63,836 nt of DNA, filler included, from Rhizaria sp. SCN 62-66 (GCA_001724265.1; 3 parts of 3 records of this genome joined end to end with filler, not necessarily neighbours in it); one strand, 5' to 3'. Numbered from the whole stretch's first letter, positions 9,335-20,700 are shown. A program made the numbers and translations. The notes: a model not told the origin generated them from the letters alone.

Positions 9335-12300
9335 TTATGTTTGCATGCTGTAGTAGAACCAGACAAGTCCGCACTGAGAACCAGCAGCGATGAGGCGTGG
9401 GAAAGCCACCTGTTCGTTGACAGCGACAGCCGTCACGGCAGAGCGATCTCCACCAGGCTCCTCAACGTAGCGAGTGCGCAAGAGTCCCGCAGGTACCTGA
9501 GCTGCAGCCGCGTCAGTGACGTCGAACTTAGGAGGCGCCACTGCGTCGCGCGAAATCACGCGTTGCTGCGGTTTCCCCGGCATAGTCGGCAGTACCGGTA
9601 ACGCCACGGGCGGAACGGCCTCACGCTTGCCGGCGGGCAAGGTTCGGGCCTTGGAGGAGACGTACATGATGCTATCAGAAGCCGGGTTGAGGCGCTGGTT
9701 GGCATTGTTCGCAGGCTCAAGCAGCGGTGCAACGGCCTCGTATGGCTGGGGGTACGACGGATGCGCAGTCGCCGCAAGCGCCGCCGCCGCCAGCTCAGCC
9801 GCCGCACCGGCAGACAGTTGCGCTATCAACACTGCCGGGTGCTGCAGCCACGGCGCCGCCGTCCCCGCCGCGCCCCTCGCTCGGCGCCACGCACCGGGGC
9901 CCGCCAGCGCGGCTAGCGCACGGACAGCCGCACTCGCAAGAGGCGTCGCGGGCACGATTGTCAGCGTCATCGGCGTGTGCGTGCGCGCGCCTGATGTGGG
10001 CGCAAACGTCTGCCTGTTGGTAGCGCTGGTTGACTCACCCCGTAGGAACTCAGGCTGCACACTGGCGATGTGGACGTGGCCCGTGCGGGTACCCAGCGCC
10101 AACAGAGTGCCACTCACTGGGACGGCATCGCTCGACTGTCCACGGACAACCTCTGCAGCACGAGCCAATACTTGGGCCACATCAGCCGCGTTGAAGCGTG
10201 ACACGCGCTTGGAGCCGCTGCTGCGGACGGCCCGCAGCGTGCTTCGCCGCAGCGCGGCGGTGAAGCCGCCCACAGCAGAAGCCTCAGCACGCGTCCACGC
10301 GCGCAATGCAAGCTTTAGCTCGCAAGGATGTGCGTCGGCGTCGGCGCCAACAGCGGCAGCAAAGGCAGCCGCAGTACAAGCGGGCTGAGTGGTGAGCATT
10401 GGTGCCCACGCTGAGGGACCGGCGACATCGCGCGACACGGATACGGGCTGCGACGCGTAGAAACCAACGGTACTCGCCTGATCAAAGGGTGCGACGGCGA
10501 CAACAGAGCCAAGAACGCGGTCAGAATACTCATCGGTGTTGACCCAGCGCCAGCGGAATGCAGGCAAGCATGTGAGCAGACGCGTCGAGTACGTCACTGC
10601 CATAGATGCAGTGGGCAATAGGACCGGCGTGCGCGAGGCGGTGTCCGCCACGAGCGACGGCGTCTGCAGAGCAACCGACGCTGACGCCGCCGCAGGACCA
10701 AACGGTGTGCCCTCGAGACCCGGCAACAGGGGGGCATTGAGCCAAGCCGCTCCAGCACCAGCTTCAGCGGCAAGAGCCATTGCCAACATGTCGGCCTCAG
10801 CATCGAGCATAGCCTCGGTAAGCGCATCAGCAGCCTCAGCAGCAACCACAGAGCTGTCATGGCGCATTGCGCTCGCCGCGGGCACAACGCTGTAGATGGG
10901 CGCCTTATTAGACAACGCGTTCGGCATTGGCGTCAGCATAAGAGTCGTCATCGTCGGGATCACCACCATGGTCATGTTGGCCTCAAGTGGGTCGCTGGAT
11001 TGATCACACGCGGTCGCGCAGGTCGAACAGGCACATGCCACTAAGGAACGCGAATGGGGAACAAGCCATGCGCTGCCGCGCAGTGAGTATTGGCTCGACA
11101 TGTTGGTTAAAACAACGCTCTTGCTTGCGTTGAGACTGAGTGCGCCGCCGCCAGAGGCAGTCGTCAGAGTGGAAAGATCGATGACATCCGCAAAGTCAGC
11201 AGCCGATGTCATCGTCAGCCGCGGCAGCATGCATGACGTCAAGGCAGCTACTGTTTCCGGCGTGTCGGTATCGCAGAGATCGAGCACTGTACTATCGGTG
11301 GCCGCCATCGCGAGTGGCTCAAACGAAAGACTCGTGATAGGAGCCGTCATCACGCCCTGACTCGCCGGCGAAACCACTGTCGACACAGCAACAGCCTCAA
11401 TCACGACAGCCGAGCACGCGCCCGCGTCAAAAGACGGGAGCGCAGACACAGGCACGGGGTACACATGGACACTACCCGTGGAGTCGCCCACAGCAAAGAT
11501 CGCGCCGCGAGTCACACCACGCGCGTGGTCGCGCGCAGCAGCCAAGGGCGCGGCTGAGCCCAGCGCACGCGCGTCAGCGCACGGGGTCACGGCAAGGCTC
11601 AGCGGCACCGAACGAGAAACCTCGGCGGTTGCGTTCTCAGACATTGCGAGCAGCGCCCGCGGGCCTGGAAGCCGGAGCGCGAGCGCGGGCAGAGAAGCCA
11701 GATCCACGCACATCAGATGCTGCGCGGGGGCCACAAGAGCGGCAATCGGCGCGTAGGGATTGGCTGCCGTAGCGACCAGCGGCGGCAAAGTCGTTGAGAA
11801 CGCGTGATCGCGGCTGACGGAAAACGCCGTCATCGAGCCCGTGGCTGTCATTTGATCGACTGCAGCAGCGGCGCGCCTAATACTCGCACCGAGCCACTCT
11901 GCGGACTGGTTTCGCGACGCGCATGTCGCTGCGGCGCTGATGACGGTGGCACGCAACGCGGCCCAGCGCAGCACGCGGCGAACTGCGGAGGGTTGCGGCA
12001 CTGCAACGGCGCGCGCTGTGCCGTCTGAAAGCGCAAGTGCGAGCACGCCGAGACGCGGGAGACGCGCAGGCGGTACGAACGGCGTGGGCACGGCGGCAGG
12101 ATCCTCGCCAAGCACGATTGCGTTCGTGTAGCGTGTTGCGTACTTGACCCATGCCTTCTCATGCTTGGCAGACAGCCAGCGCGGCGAAGTTTCGGAGCAA
12201 CCGGGACCTGCCGCAACATCGTCGCCGTCGTCACAGTGCAGTTCCTCAGCCGCGTCGTCCTCGCACGTGCCAGGCACCCAGCGCATGTCCCACACGTAGC

Positions 12301-15300
12301 CCTGCGGCCGCGGCAGAGTACGCGTGGTGGTCGTTGCCTCAGTGCCGTCGTGGCTCCATGTCAGCGCCATGTCCAGGCGCGGTAAGAGCGGTTCGTGCTC
12401 GCTCAGCTTCTTGGAAAGAGCGGCCACAGGAGATGGCACTGACCAGAGCTGTACGCTGTGAAGCATGAGCGGCGCAACTGTAGATGCACCACCAACGCCA
12501 CCAGCGGCGCCCGGTGACGCACCGGGGCCCGAGCCTGGCGGGCCGTAGTCGGGCCCGTGAGGCTGAACCATCGCGGACGGGTCCTCGACCAAGTCCGCCG
12601 CCATCAGAGTGTTTGCTGCCTGCACACCCGACGCGCGCTCCGTGTCGCGCAGCATCTGGCGCAGCGACGTGCTCAGCCACGCTGACGCGGACGCAGATCC
12701 AGTGCCATTCGCGTCCTCTGTGAACACGGTCACAACGGGCTGCGACGGCAGCAGCGTGCGTTGCGGCACAGCCGTGTTGGCGTAGATAGACACAACCTGC
12801 CTGCGCGCCGCGAGCGGCAAGGCGGCGACAACAGCAGGCGCGGTGTCATCCTTGGTGCTACGCAGTCCACCGTCACGCGCGGCCGTGCCGGCCAGCGGGA
12901 CCCATGACAACGAGTGCACCGGCGCGCCCGCGTTGGCGATCGCAGAGTAGGCCGTGGCAGGCGCTGACTTGGCGGCGCCGGAGAAGACAGAGCCCAGCGC
13001 GGGCACTGCAACGGCCGTCTGCGGTGACGTCACCACGCTCACGGACTCGTGCGGCGGCAGGTGCGTCGCCAGGAGAGGCATCGGCCGCGCCACGCCAGCA
13101 GCAGCCGCATTGTCTGCGGCTGCGGCGGCTGTAAGGGCGCCATCGACGCCAAGGCGCGGCGTAAGGAATACGCACACGCCACCCATGTTGAATGCAGTTG
13201 GCACGGGGAAGTCTGAAGTGGGCTCAGCCGTCGCGGACGCAGAGGCACCGTCCACGACCTCGATCGCTGCGTCAAGCGCGGCATACGGCAGGCGCAAGGC
13301 AGAGCAGTCAGTGACCGGCAGTGGAGTCGTCGCCGGAGCAGCAGCGGGTGGAGGTGTGGAGCGCGCAGCCGCGTCGCGCAAGGCATCGCGGAGCGCGAGC
13401 AACGCAAATGCCTCTTCGCCTGGCAGTTGCTGCACTGCCGCGGCATTGTCCGCCAGAAACTGTTCGAGATTGGTACTTTCCTGGGACAAATTGTCCGATT
13501 TCAACACAAACAAGGGCGCATCAGCGGCTGCCGGCTCAGCGCGCATGACACGCGCGACCATAGCAGCGAGCGCCATGACAGCCGGCTGCGACGCCACGCC
13601 CTTGTGCTTGTGGGTGAGGTGCGCGACGGCGCGCGCGAGCAGCGTGGGCGGCATGACGTTGAAGGCGGCGACCGGGTCGTCGCGGTTCAAGGACGTTGAG
13701 ACGACAAAGAACGTAAGCAGTGGGCTCAGCACAGGGCCCCACCGCGACAGGGGGAACAGCGCGGTGAGCAGACTGTTGAGGGGCACAGTGAGAGACGTGG
13801 CGTTTGTGCTTACAGTGGCCCGCATACTGCTGCCGGAGGCACCGGGCCGTCCACGCGCGGTCTTCTTCGGCGACTCGTCTCGGTTCAGGGCCGCCGGGGC
13901 CACGAGAGGCGCAGCTTTACGCTTCGCACGAATCTCTTGAGCTTTGTAGAGCTCGTGCAGACGTGCCTGCTCTGCCTTCCACTCGACCATCTCGGCGCCG
14001 CTCTTGTCCTTAATTTCGTCGAGGTCCATCGGCTTGCGCGAAATAGCGGCGCGCTTAATCCTGCGTCGCACACGCCGCTCCGAACGCGACTCAGCCAGTG
14101 CGTGCACAGTAGCAGCGTTGGAGTGAGTAATCTCGACAGGTTGCAGCACAATCTGCAGGTCTGACCGCTGTGCAAGAGCTAGACGGGCTAGCTTCGCGAA
14201 ACCAATGTTGAATTTGAGCTTAATGTCCGGCGTAAACACTACGCGACCGTTCACTGTCACCGACAAAAGCGACGCGCACTGAGTCACAGGGTACAATGCC
14301 AGCAGCGACGGCGGGCGCGTTAGACGCACGAGGCGAGCAGCAAAGTTCTCAAGAGTCAACTTCTCGGACGAGAACGTGATGGCACCACGGTTAGCCAGCT
14401 GCTCCCGTGTGGCAGCCTTCGTGGCAATGTCGGCCCAACTGCGAGTCGCGCCCACGATCAGCGCCGTTTGCGCTGCAACATCGAGCGGCGACTGCGCAGG
14501 AAGCGTTTGCCCCGCAAAGCTGATGTTCTCCACCGTCGCCGTCTCGCCCACGCGACTCGCGGCCAGATTTGCCGCCGCGGCCCACACTTCCGCACCCGGA
14601 CCGGCCTTCGTGCGCGCTGCGAGCACGACGAACGCGTCGTCGAGCGCAGCCGCGAGCGCGAGGTCCGCGCGGCCCTGGAGCGTGGGCGCGAGCAGCTGCG
14701 TCGCGGGGGACATCAGCCCCGCCACGCACATCGCGTCGGCAACCACGGGCCGGTGCGAAAAGCCGTCGCCAAACGAGTCCCACGTCTGCGCCGCGAGTTG
14801 CGAGACGGCAAAGTTCTGTCGGAGGTGAACCGGCACGGGCTTCATGCCGTACAAACAGCGCACGCGCCGGAGCTGAGCCGTCGGCAGCGCGCGACCCGGA
14901 GCGTGTGTCGACGGTGCGGGCGCGATTGCGTCCATGCCGGCCACGATGCAAGCTGCGCTGCGGCGCGGGTACGCAGCGTGGTTTCCAGCGCGCGCGAGCT
15001 TCGCCAGCGCCACGCGTGCGCGCGTGTGACCGCCGTGCCAGTACGACGTGTGCTGACTGAGACTCAGCGGCGCCGCGGGCAGAATCGGGAGCGCAGTGTC
15101 GATGGAGTCGGAGGCGCCCTTTTGCGAGTGACTCACGAAAACTTCACAGCCGACAGCCCAGACCACGGTCTGCGTCTCCTGTGCCAGCGGGGCCGCAGCA
15201 ACAATGCGCTGCGCAAAGCGTTTGCAGTTGTCAAGCACGGTCACGGCAGCGTCGGTATTCAGCGCCAGCGACACGGCGTCCCTGTCGGCCCGCGCCACCC

Positions 15301-18300
15301 ACAGCGCGGCCGCCGCAGCGATCTCGGAGTTGATGTTCACTGCGCGCCGCTCGGTCGACGCCGCCACCCACTCAGCGGGCAGCGGGTCCTCGCTGGGCGC
15401 GTGCTTGCCGTCCGACAACGCGCGCAGCAACGCCACCGCGCGCGCGTCGCCAGACGTCATGCCTGCAGCCGAGGCCGCAACCTTCACAGCGACCAGAGGC
15501 GATGCCGCTGTCGCAGGCATGGGGGCGGCCGCCAGAGCGCACGCTCTCGTAGTCTCCTGCGCAGCGGCGGCCGCGATAGCCTCGCTTAAAACCTCCGGCT
15601 TGACCGGGCCCTCGGCGGCCTCAACCACCGCGCAGCGCGGCTGCTCCAGCGCGGCGTCCGGCAGCGAGTGCGCGTTCCACGCCGTCGGCGCCACACATGC
15701 CAGCCAGCCGACGGCGCGGCGCGCGGCGGCCGCGGCCGCGACGGGCAGCAGCCGCGCTATGAGCGCCTCGGCCTTGTCGCGGTGCGCCGCCACGCACTGC
15801 GCCGGCTGCGCGGGGTCGTCATATGCCCACAGCGCCGAGTACACCGGCGAGCCCGTCACCAACGCCGCCGCCGCAGCAGGCGCGGAGGCAGAGGCGGAGA
15901 CGTGCGTGGCCGCGGAGGGCGGCACCGTGCAGCGCAGTGCCGGCAGCGCCAGCACGCTGGGCAACAGCGCGGCGAAGACGTCCGAAAGCAGCGCCAGCGC
16001 GGCGGGCGGCAGTGACGGAAATAACGCCGCGAGGCGGTCGACGACAACACCCGTGGGCGCGATCAGCGGCGCCGTCGCAGCGGGCAGCGGCAGCTGCGCC
16101 GCGGCCTCACCCGCCTGCGGCTCGCAGGCGGCCCGCGGCGTCAGGCCCAGCGTCGCCGCCGCGCCCACAGCCGCGGCCTCGGCGTCGACGTGCGCGTGCG
16201 CGAGTGTGTGCGCGGCAACGGCCAGCACGGCGCGGCACTTGCGCGCTAGCACCCATGCGCCGACGCGCGACTGCTCGGCCAGCTCGCTCTCGCGCGCGCA
16301 CGCGCCGCCGTCGCCGGGCGCGGGCGCCACGGGCACGGCGGCCCAGCCGCGGCCTTCGAGCACTGCCGCGGCCGCGGCCTCGGTGGCCTCGAGCGGCAGC
16401 GCCGCGATCGCGCGCAGCAGCGCGTTGGGCGTCGCACTCTGCGTAGCCACAGCGCGCGGGTCCTCCCACACCCTGAGGAAAGCAGCGCCTTCTGGTGACG
16501 CCGGTAGCGCGCGGAAACCGAGGCAGGCGGCCGCGGCGTGCCAGCCCGCGACGGCGTCACAGAGCCAGTGCGCCCAGTGGCTCACCTCGCGCTCCGCCGT
16601 CATCACGCTCCACCACACCATCGACGCGCGCGTGCGGCGCACTGGCGCCCAGGGCTTTTGCTTCGCCGCGGGCGACGCTATCGGCGGCCGGCCGAGGTTC
16701 TTGACCGGCATGTTATGGGCGATCGCTTTGGACAGCGCGACCTCGTCATCAGTCGTCAGCGGCCGCTCGGCCGGCAGCGGCACGACCGGAAAACGCGCGA
16801 TCAGCGCCTGCTCCTCGGCAGTGTTCGTGCCTGCGTTGGCAGCTGCGGACGCCGTTGAAGCGGGCGCGGGCAGGAGCGAGAAGCTGGAGCACGTGTCGCG
16901 CGCGCACGCCTCGGCGGCGTTATCAAGCGCCACGGACAGCGCCGCGATCGCTGACGCACTGAGGCCGATGTCCATGGCGGTGGAGCGCACCCACTGGTGC
17001 AGGTGCAGCACGGCGCCCGTGACAAGGTGGCGCAGCGAGCCCAGCGCGAAGGCCGTCTTGGCCGCGGGCGGTGTGTGGCGCGCGCGGGTCGAAGCGCTCA
17101 TGTGCAGCGTGAACGCGATGCCGTCGGCGTCGCTTAGTGTGCCCGAAGCACTGAACAGCGCCTGCGCCAGCACGGCGCGACGCGTGAGCGCTGGGGAGAA
17201 CCACAGCAGCGCACTGGCCGCGAGGGGCGACATGCACGACGGCGGCGGCGCGAGAAAGCTCACCATCGGCACGGGTGGCGCCGCGGCGGTCCGCACGTCG
17301 CCGGCCTCAACGAGAACGGACACCGCGGTCGAGGCCGCGGCCGGGACGTCCTCACCCCGGTCGGCGGCAACGGCGAGCGGCAGGATCTCGTCCGCGTTGA
17401 TGTAGAGAGCCTCCAGTACGGGGTTCATACGCTCTGCGCGCGCGAGACGTACCCAGCGCACAGGGACCGACTGCGCGGCCGCAGCGGCGGCGGCGTCGTC
17501 GGCCAGCAGCTCCGAGCGCTGCATACGCTTCCCCGTGAGCATCACCGACGCCGTCGTCAGCGCGGGCACTCGGTGCGCGAGCATCGCCGCCACGCGCGCG
17601 GCCTCGAACGCCGCCGCCGCCGCCGCCGTCAGCGGGCGCAGCGGGTGGTTGTGCGCGCGCACCGGCGCGCACAGCGGCGCGACGGTCGGATACACGTTGT
17701 ACTCCGGTACTGGCAGCGTCAGCGGCGCCAGCGTCGGCTCCTCGCGTGCGTCGGCCGCCGGACCCACAGCAGCGGCGGCGGCGGCGGCGGCGGCGGCAGC
17801 CGTGACGGTAACTCCGTCGCCCATGACGCAGCCGAGCGACTCGCCGCCCGCGCCCTCGCGCAGCTCCAGCACCGCGCGCGCCGCGGCCGGCAGCCCGTTC
17901 GCGCTCGCGTTCGCGCCTACGCCCACGATCACACCCACGGCGTTGAGAGCGGCGGCCAGCGTGGCAGCGGCGGCGGGCGCGAGCGCGCGCACAGCGGGGG
18001 CGGCCCAGTCCATGTCGTCGCCCCTCATCGCAGCCGCGCCCGGCGTGATCGCGCCGGCACCGGCCGCCGCTGCGCCGTCGCCATCGGTGGCGCCACCGGC
18101 GGCGCTGGCTGCGGCTGTGGCGGGGGCGGGGGCTGGGAGGACGCCGGTGTAGCGCAGCACTGCGCTGGCGTCGCCCGCAGTGACCGCGCCGGCGGCGCCG
18201 CGGTGCGCGCGCAGAGCCGTGGCGACGACGGGCGCGGCGGCCTCGGCCACGACTGCGGCCGCGGCGGCCGCGGCGGCGGGCAGCGGCTGCGGCGTGCCGA

Positions 18301-19843
18301 TGAGTGTCGCTACGGCGGCCGCGAGCCCGGCGTCGGGGACGGCAACCACGCCCGACACCAGCGACGCCTCCCAGGGCTTCATGGCCTCGGGTGCGAGGTG
18401 CGCGGCCGCGTACAACCCGCGCAGCCGCGCCGCCTCCGCCGCCAGCACGTGCGCGCGACGCCCCGCCACACCGTTCGCCGCCGCCGCCGCCGCCGCCGCC
18501 GCAGTGTCCGCCCCCGCAGTGAAGTCGGGCGCGGCGGAGTCGGGCGCGGGCGTGTATGCGGCGTCGTCGGCGTGCGCGCGCACGGCGTCCGCGGGCAGCC
18601 AGAGCGGGGCCGCGGCGCGCGAGGCACGGTACCCGGGCAGCGGCGTCTCCAGGTCGCTGTCGTTCTCGTCCTCCAGCGGGTTCTCGAACGGCTCGGCCGC
18701 GACCTCGCACAGCGGCAGCACCGACAGCGCGGTCGTCGCCAGTGTGTCTGGCAGCGGGCCAGTCGGGACTTGCACCGCGCCCACTGCCGCGCCCGCTCTC
18801 GCCACTCTCGAGATTGACGCGGAGACCAACGCAGTGGACGTGGACGCGGAGGCTACTGTCTTTGACTTGCCGCCAACAGCAGCCTTACCGTCGCCGCCGC
18901 CGTCGTCATCGTCGTCGTCGTCGCCATCGTCCGTGACCTCGGTCTCGGTGTCGGTCAACCGACTGGAATAAATGAAGCGGTCCCGCACGTACTTCGCCTT
19001 GCCCGACGGCGTGAGCTGCGGTCCAACACGCCGCCGCACACCGGCGCCGCTACGGCTGCGGCTGCGGCCGCGCTTGTCGCCACCGCCACCGCCGCTGCCA
19101 TCGCCGTCGAAGTCGTCGTCGTCGTCGTCGTTGTCGTCGTCGTCGTCGCTGCTGCTGCCGTCGCCGCTCGCGCTGAAACTGCTGCTGCCGGAGGCTTCGC
19201 TCGCACTGCTCTCCTCGTCACTCGCGCTGTACTCGTCGTCATCGTCGGCGCCGCCCTTCTTCTTCTGCGCAGGCGTCGACTTGGCTTGCGTCGGCTTGGC
19301 GGAGGCCGCGGGCTTGGCCACGGGCTTGCGCGCTGACGCCGCATTCGCGGTGGGCGTCTTAGCCGCCGCAGCCGACTTGGCCGGCGTCTTGGCGGCGGGT
19401 GTCTTGGCGGCGGGTGTCTTGGCGGCGGGTGTCTTGGCGGCGGGCGTCTTGGCGGCGGATGAGACCGTGCTTCTCCCGCGTCTGGCGGACGTAGTCGCAG
19501 CAGCGGTGGCTTTGATGTCGATGTCGCTGTCGCTAGCGTCGTTGTTTTCATTTTCGTCGCTGCTATCGACGGCTTTGGCTGCAGCCTTCTTGCCGCGTCG
19601 CGCCTTAGGCAGCCCACTAGCGCCCTTCTTCTCGCGGCGCTCGCGGACACGCTCCTCGTCCGCCTCGCTGCTGCTGGCGGCGCTCGACGAGGAGTCGGAG
19701 CTCAGCTCGAGCGCGGATCCGTAGCTCGGCTGCGGCAGCGCGCGGATGCGGGCGGACCCGCGCATCGGGGTTGAGCCCGCCGGGGACGCCGGGAAAGATG
19801 CGGCGTCGGCACCACCTGCCGACTTGGAGGATCGGCCAGGCAT
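9335..19843 (-). CDS. GTF3C2: Giant (~3502 aa) TFIIIC subunit 2-like WD40 protein (GTF3C2/Tfc6)
   Basis: Motifs NAGAPVHSLSWVP, GYVWDMRWVP, LPRLGVLALALSDGTARAVAVPQP and C-terminal LIAAGSQCGLVWFY resemble GTF3C2 (GGPVWALDWCP; WDLKFCP; LPRLGLLALACSDG...LPHP; LVSGGQSGLVR). First ATG at 19843; TAA stop. Confidence 0.72.
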   Translation of the reverse strand: MPGRSSKSAGGADAASFPASPAGSTPMRGSARIRALPQPSYGSALELSSDSSSSAASSSEADEERVRERREKKGASGLPKARRGKKAAAKAVDSSDENENNDASDSDIDIKATAAATTSARRGRSTVSSAAKTPAAKTPAAKTPAAKTPAAKTPAKSAAAAKTPTANAASARKPVAKPAASAKPTQAKSTPAQKKKGGADDDDEYSASDEESSASEASGSSSFSASGDGSSSDDDDDNDDDDDDFDGDGSGGGGGDKRGRSRSRSGAGVRRRVGPQLTPSGKAKYVRDRFIYSSRLTDTETEVTDDGDDDDDDDGGGDGKAAVGGKSKTVASASTSTALVSASISRVARAGAAVGAVQVPTGPLPDTLATTALSVLPLCEVAAEPFENPLEDENDSDLETPLPGYRASRAAAPLWLPADAVRAHADDAAYTPAPDSAAPDFTAGADTAAAAAAAAANGVAGRRAHVLAAEAARLRGLYAAAHLAPEAMKPWEASLVSGVVAVPDAGLAAAVATLIGTPQPLPAAAAAAAAVVAEAAAPVVATALRAHRGAAGAVTAGDASAVLRYTGVLPAPAPATAAASAAGGATDGDGAAAAGAGAITPGAAAMRGDDMDWAAPAVRALAPAAAATLAAALNAVGVIVGVGANASANGLPAAARAVLELREGAGGESLGCVMGDGVTVTAAAAAAAAAAAVGPAADAREEPTLAPLTLPVPEYNVYPTVAPLCAPVRAHNHPLRPLTAAAAAAFEAARVAAMLAHRVPALTTASVMLTGKRMQRSELLADDAAAAAAAQSVPVRWVRLARAERMNPVLEALYINADEILPLAVAADRGEDVPAAASTAVSVLVEAGDVRTAAAPPVPMVSFLAPPPSCMSPLAASALLWFSPALTRRAVLAQALFSASGTLSDADGIAFTLHMSASTRARHTPPAAKTAFALGSLRHLVTGAVLHLHQWVRSTAMDIGLSASAIAALSVALDNAAEACARDTCSSFSLLPAPASTASAAANAGTNTAEEQALIARFPVVPLPAERPLTTDDEVALSKAIAHNMPVKNLGRPPIASPAAKQKPWAPVRRTRASMVWWSVMTAEREVSHWAHWLCDAVAGWHAAAACLGFRALPASPEGAAFLRVWEDPRAVATQSATPNALLRAIAALPLEATEAAAAAVLEGRGWAAVPVAPAPGDGGACARESELAEQSRVGAWVLARKCRAVLAVAAHTLAHAHVDAEAAAVGAAATLGLTPRAACEPQAGEAAAQLPLPAATAPLIAPTGVVVDRLAALFPSLPPAALALLSDVFAALLPSVLALPALRCTVPPSAATHVSASASAPAAAAALVTGSPVYSALWAYDDPAQPAQCVAAHRDKAEALIARLLPVAAAAAARRAVGWLACVAPTAWNAHSLPDAALEQPRCAVVEAAEGPVKPEVLSEAIAAAAAQETTRACALAAAPMPATAASPLVAVKVAASAAGMTSGDARAVALLRALSDGKHAPSEDPLPAEWVAASTERRAVNINSEIAAAAALWVARADRDAVSLALNTDAAVTVLDNCKRFAQRIVAAAPLAQETQTVVWAVGCEVFVSHSQKGASDSIDTALPILPAAPLSLSQHTSYWHGGHTRARVALAKLARAGNHAAYPRRSAACIVAGMDAIAPAPSTHAPGRALPTAQLRRVRCLYGMKPVPVHLRQNFAVSQLAAQTWDSFGDGFSHRPVVADAMCVAGLMSPATQLLAPTLQGRADLALAAALDDAFVVLAARTKAGPGAEVWAAAANLAASRVGETATVENISFAGQTLPAQSPLDVAAQTALIVGATRSWADIATKAATREQLANRGAITFSSEKLTLENFAARLVRLTRPPSLLALYPVTQCASLLSVTVNGRVVFTPDIKLKFNIGFAKLARLALAQRSDLQIVLQPVEITHSNAATVHALAESRSERRVRRRIKRAAISRKPMDLDEIKDKSGAEMVEWKAEQARLHELYKAQEIRAKRKAAPLVAPAALNRDESPKKTARGRPGASGSSMRATVSTNATSLTVPLNSLLTALFPLSRWGPVLSPLLTFFVVSTSLNRDDPVAAFNVMPPTLLARAVAHLTHKHKGVASQPAVMALAAMVARVMRAEPAAADAPLFVLKSDNLSQESTNLEQFLADNAAAVQQLPGEEAFALLALRDALRDAAARSTPPPAAAPATTPLPVTDCSALRLPYAALDAAIEVVDGASASATAEPTSDFPVPTAFNMGGVCVFLTPRLGVDGALTAAAAADNAAAAGVARPMPLLATHLPPHESVSVVTSPQTAVAVPALGSVFSGAAKSAPATAYSAIANAGAPVHSLSWVPLAGTAARDGGLRSTKDDTAPAVVAALPLAARRQVVSIYANTAVPQRTLLPSQPVVTVFTEDANGTGSASASAWLSTSLRQMLRDTERASGVQAANTLMAADLVEDPSAMVQPHGPDYGPPGSGPGASPGAAGGVGGASTVAPLMLHSVQLWSVPSPVAALSKKLSEHEPLLPRLDMALTWSHDGTEATTTTRTLPRPQGYVWDMRWVPGTCEDDAAEELHCDDGDDVAAGPGCSETSPRWLSAKHEKAWVKYATRYTNAIVLGEDPAAVPTPFVPPARLPRLGVLALALSDGTARAVAVPQPSAVRRVLRWAALRATVISAAATCASRNQSAEWLGASIRRAAAAVDQMTATGSMTAFSVSRDHAFSTTLPPLVATAANPYAPIAALVAPAQHLMCVDLASLPALALRLPGPRALLAMSENATAEVSRSVPLSLAVTPCADARALGSAAPLAAARDHARGVTRGAIFAVGDSTGSVHVYPVPVSALPSFDAGACSAVVIEAVAVSTVVSPASQGVMTAPITSLSFEPLAMAATDSTVLDLCDTDTPETVAALTSCMLPRLTMTSAADFADVIDLSTLTTASGGGALSLNASKSVVLTNMSSQYSLRGSAWLVPHSRSLVACACSTCATACDQSSDPLEANMTMVVIPTMTTLMLTPMPNALSNKAPIYSVVPAASAMRHDSSVVAAEAADALTEAMLDAEADMLAMALAAEAGAGAAWLNAPLLPGLEGTPFGPAAASASVALQTPSLVADTASRTPVLLPTASMAVTYSTRLLTCLPAFRWRWVNTDEYSDRVLGSVVAVAPFDQASTVGFYASQPVSVSRDVAGPSAWAPMLTTQPACTAAAFAAAVGADADAHPCELKLALRAWTRAEASAVGGFTAALRRSTLRAVRSSGSKRVSRFNAADVAQVLARAAEVVRGQSSDAVPVSGTLLALGTRTGHVHIASVQPEFLRGESTSATNRQTFAPTSGARTHTPMTLTIVPATPLASAAVRALAALAGPGAWRRARGAAGTAAPWLQHPAVLIAQLSAGAAAELAAAALAATAHPSYPQPYEAVAPLLEPANNANQRLNPASDSIMYVSSKARTLPAGKREAVPPVALPVLPTMPGKPQQRVISRDAVAPPKFDVTDAAAAQVPAGLLRTRYVEEPGGDRSAVTAVAVNEQVAFPRLIAAGSQCGLVWFYYSMQT
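19386..19458 (-). repeat. 15-bp coding tandem repeat (~5 copies) encoding (KTPAA)n
   Basis: Unit gtcttggcggcgggt repeated on the + strand. Confidence 0.9.
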
Positions 19844-20700
19844 GAGATGGTCGAGACCGGGCGGACTTCTCGCGCGATGAAAGGTTTGAGCTGTCCTCAG
19901 CAAAGACGTGCAGTGGAAATGAGATGTTCTGGTGGGTTAAAAAAGAAGGTCTACAAATTGTAATTAAAATATTGAACAGAAAATTGACTGGTGAGTTCTA
20001 GGTATAGATGGCATTAGCACTGACGGATCACTGGTGTCACGACATGTCCCCATTTTATAGCCCAATCTTCTCGCACTGCGGGCTTGCCAAGCCTGAGTGG
20101 TAGACTGGCACCACTCGGGCCAGTCACTGACCAGTACACCTTTATATCTCCGATGAATGAGCATCATAAAACACAGCTAAGGCAAAAAAACCGTTATTTC
20201 TCTATATATAAAGAATAAAATAAAATATTGTATATTTTTTTGTTTCGAAAACAGTTCAGTAAAGTAGTTTATCGCAGCAAATCAAAATAAGTGTGCGTCC
20301 ATTTACGCAGTTTTGTACAGTAGCATATCACGTGTACAGCGTCATCACAACATTAAGTAAGCTTAAGCAGAGTAAGCAAAAAAGCACATGTGCCTCAGTC
20401 ATTATTTCATCTCCCTCCTTCTCACACAACAGCGCGCAAAAACAAAGCGTCCCACATCACATCACGCACGAACAAAACGCACGCAAAAGTGGTGAGGGAG
20501 TGATGGGCGATTGACCGTTGAGTCGACTAGAGGAGGAGCAAACGGAACAAAGCGCTCAGGCACTCGGCGCCGATCCGTGCTCTCTTCCTCACAACAATAT
20601 TGTTCGCTCCATGCGTCTTAGCGCCACGCTAGCGCCGCTTTAACACAGCGCTAGCGCCGCGCTTCAAGCGTTTCAAGCAAGTTTTGACGCGTTTGCGCGT

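Noticed and set aside
15204-17405. Long antisense/alternate-frame ORFs (733 aa here; also 25621-26460, 47857-49605, 58709-60250, etc.)
   Set aside because: Shadow ORFs of GC-rich, GCN-biased genes with no recognisable motifs.
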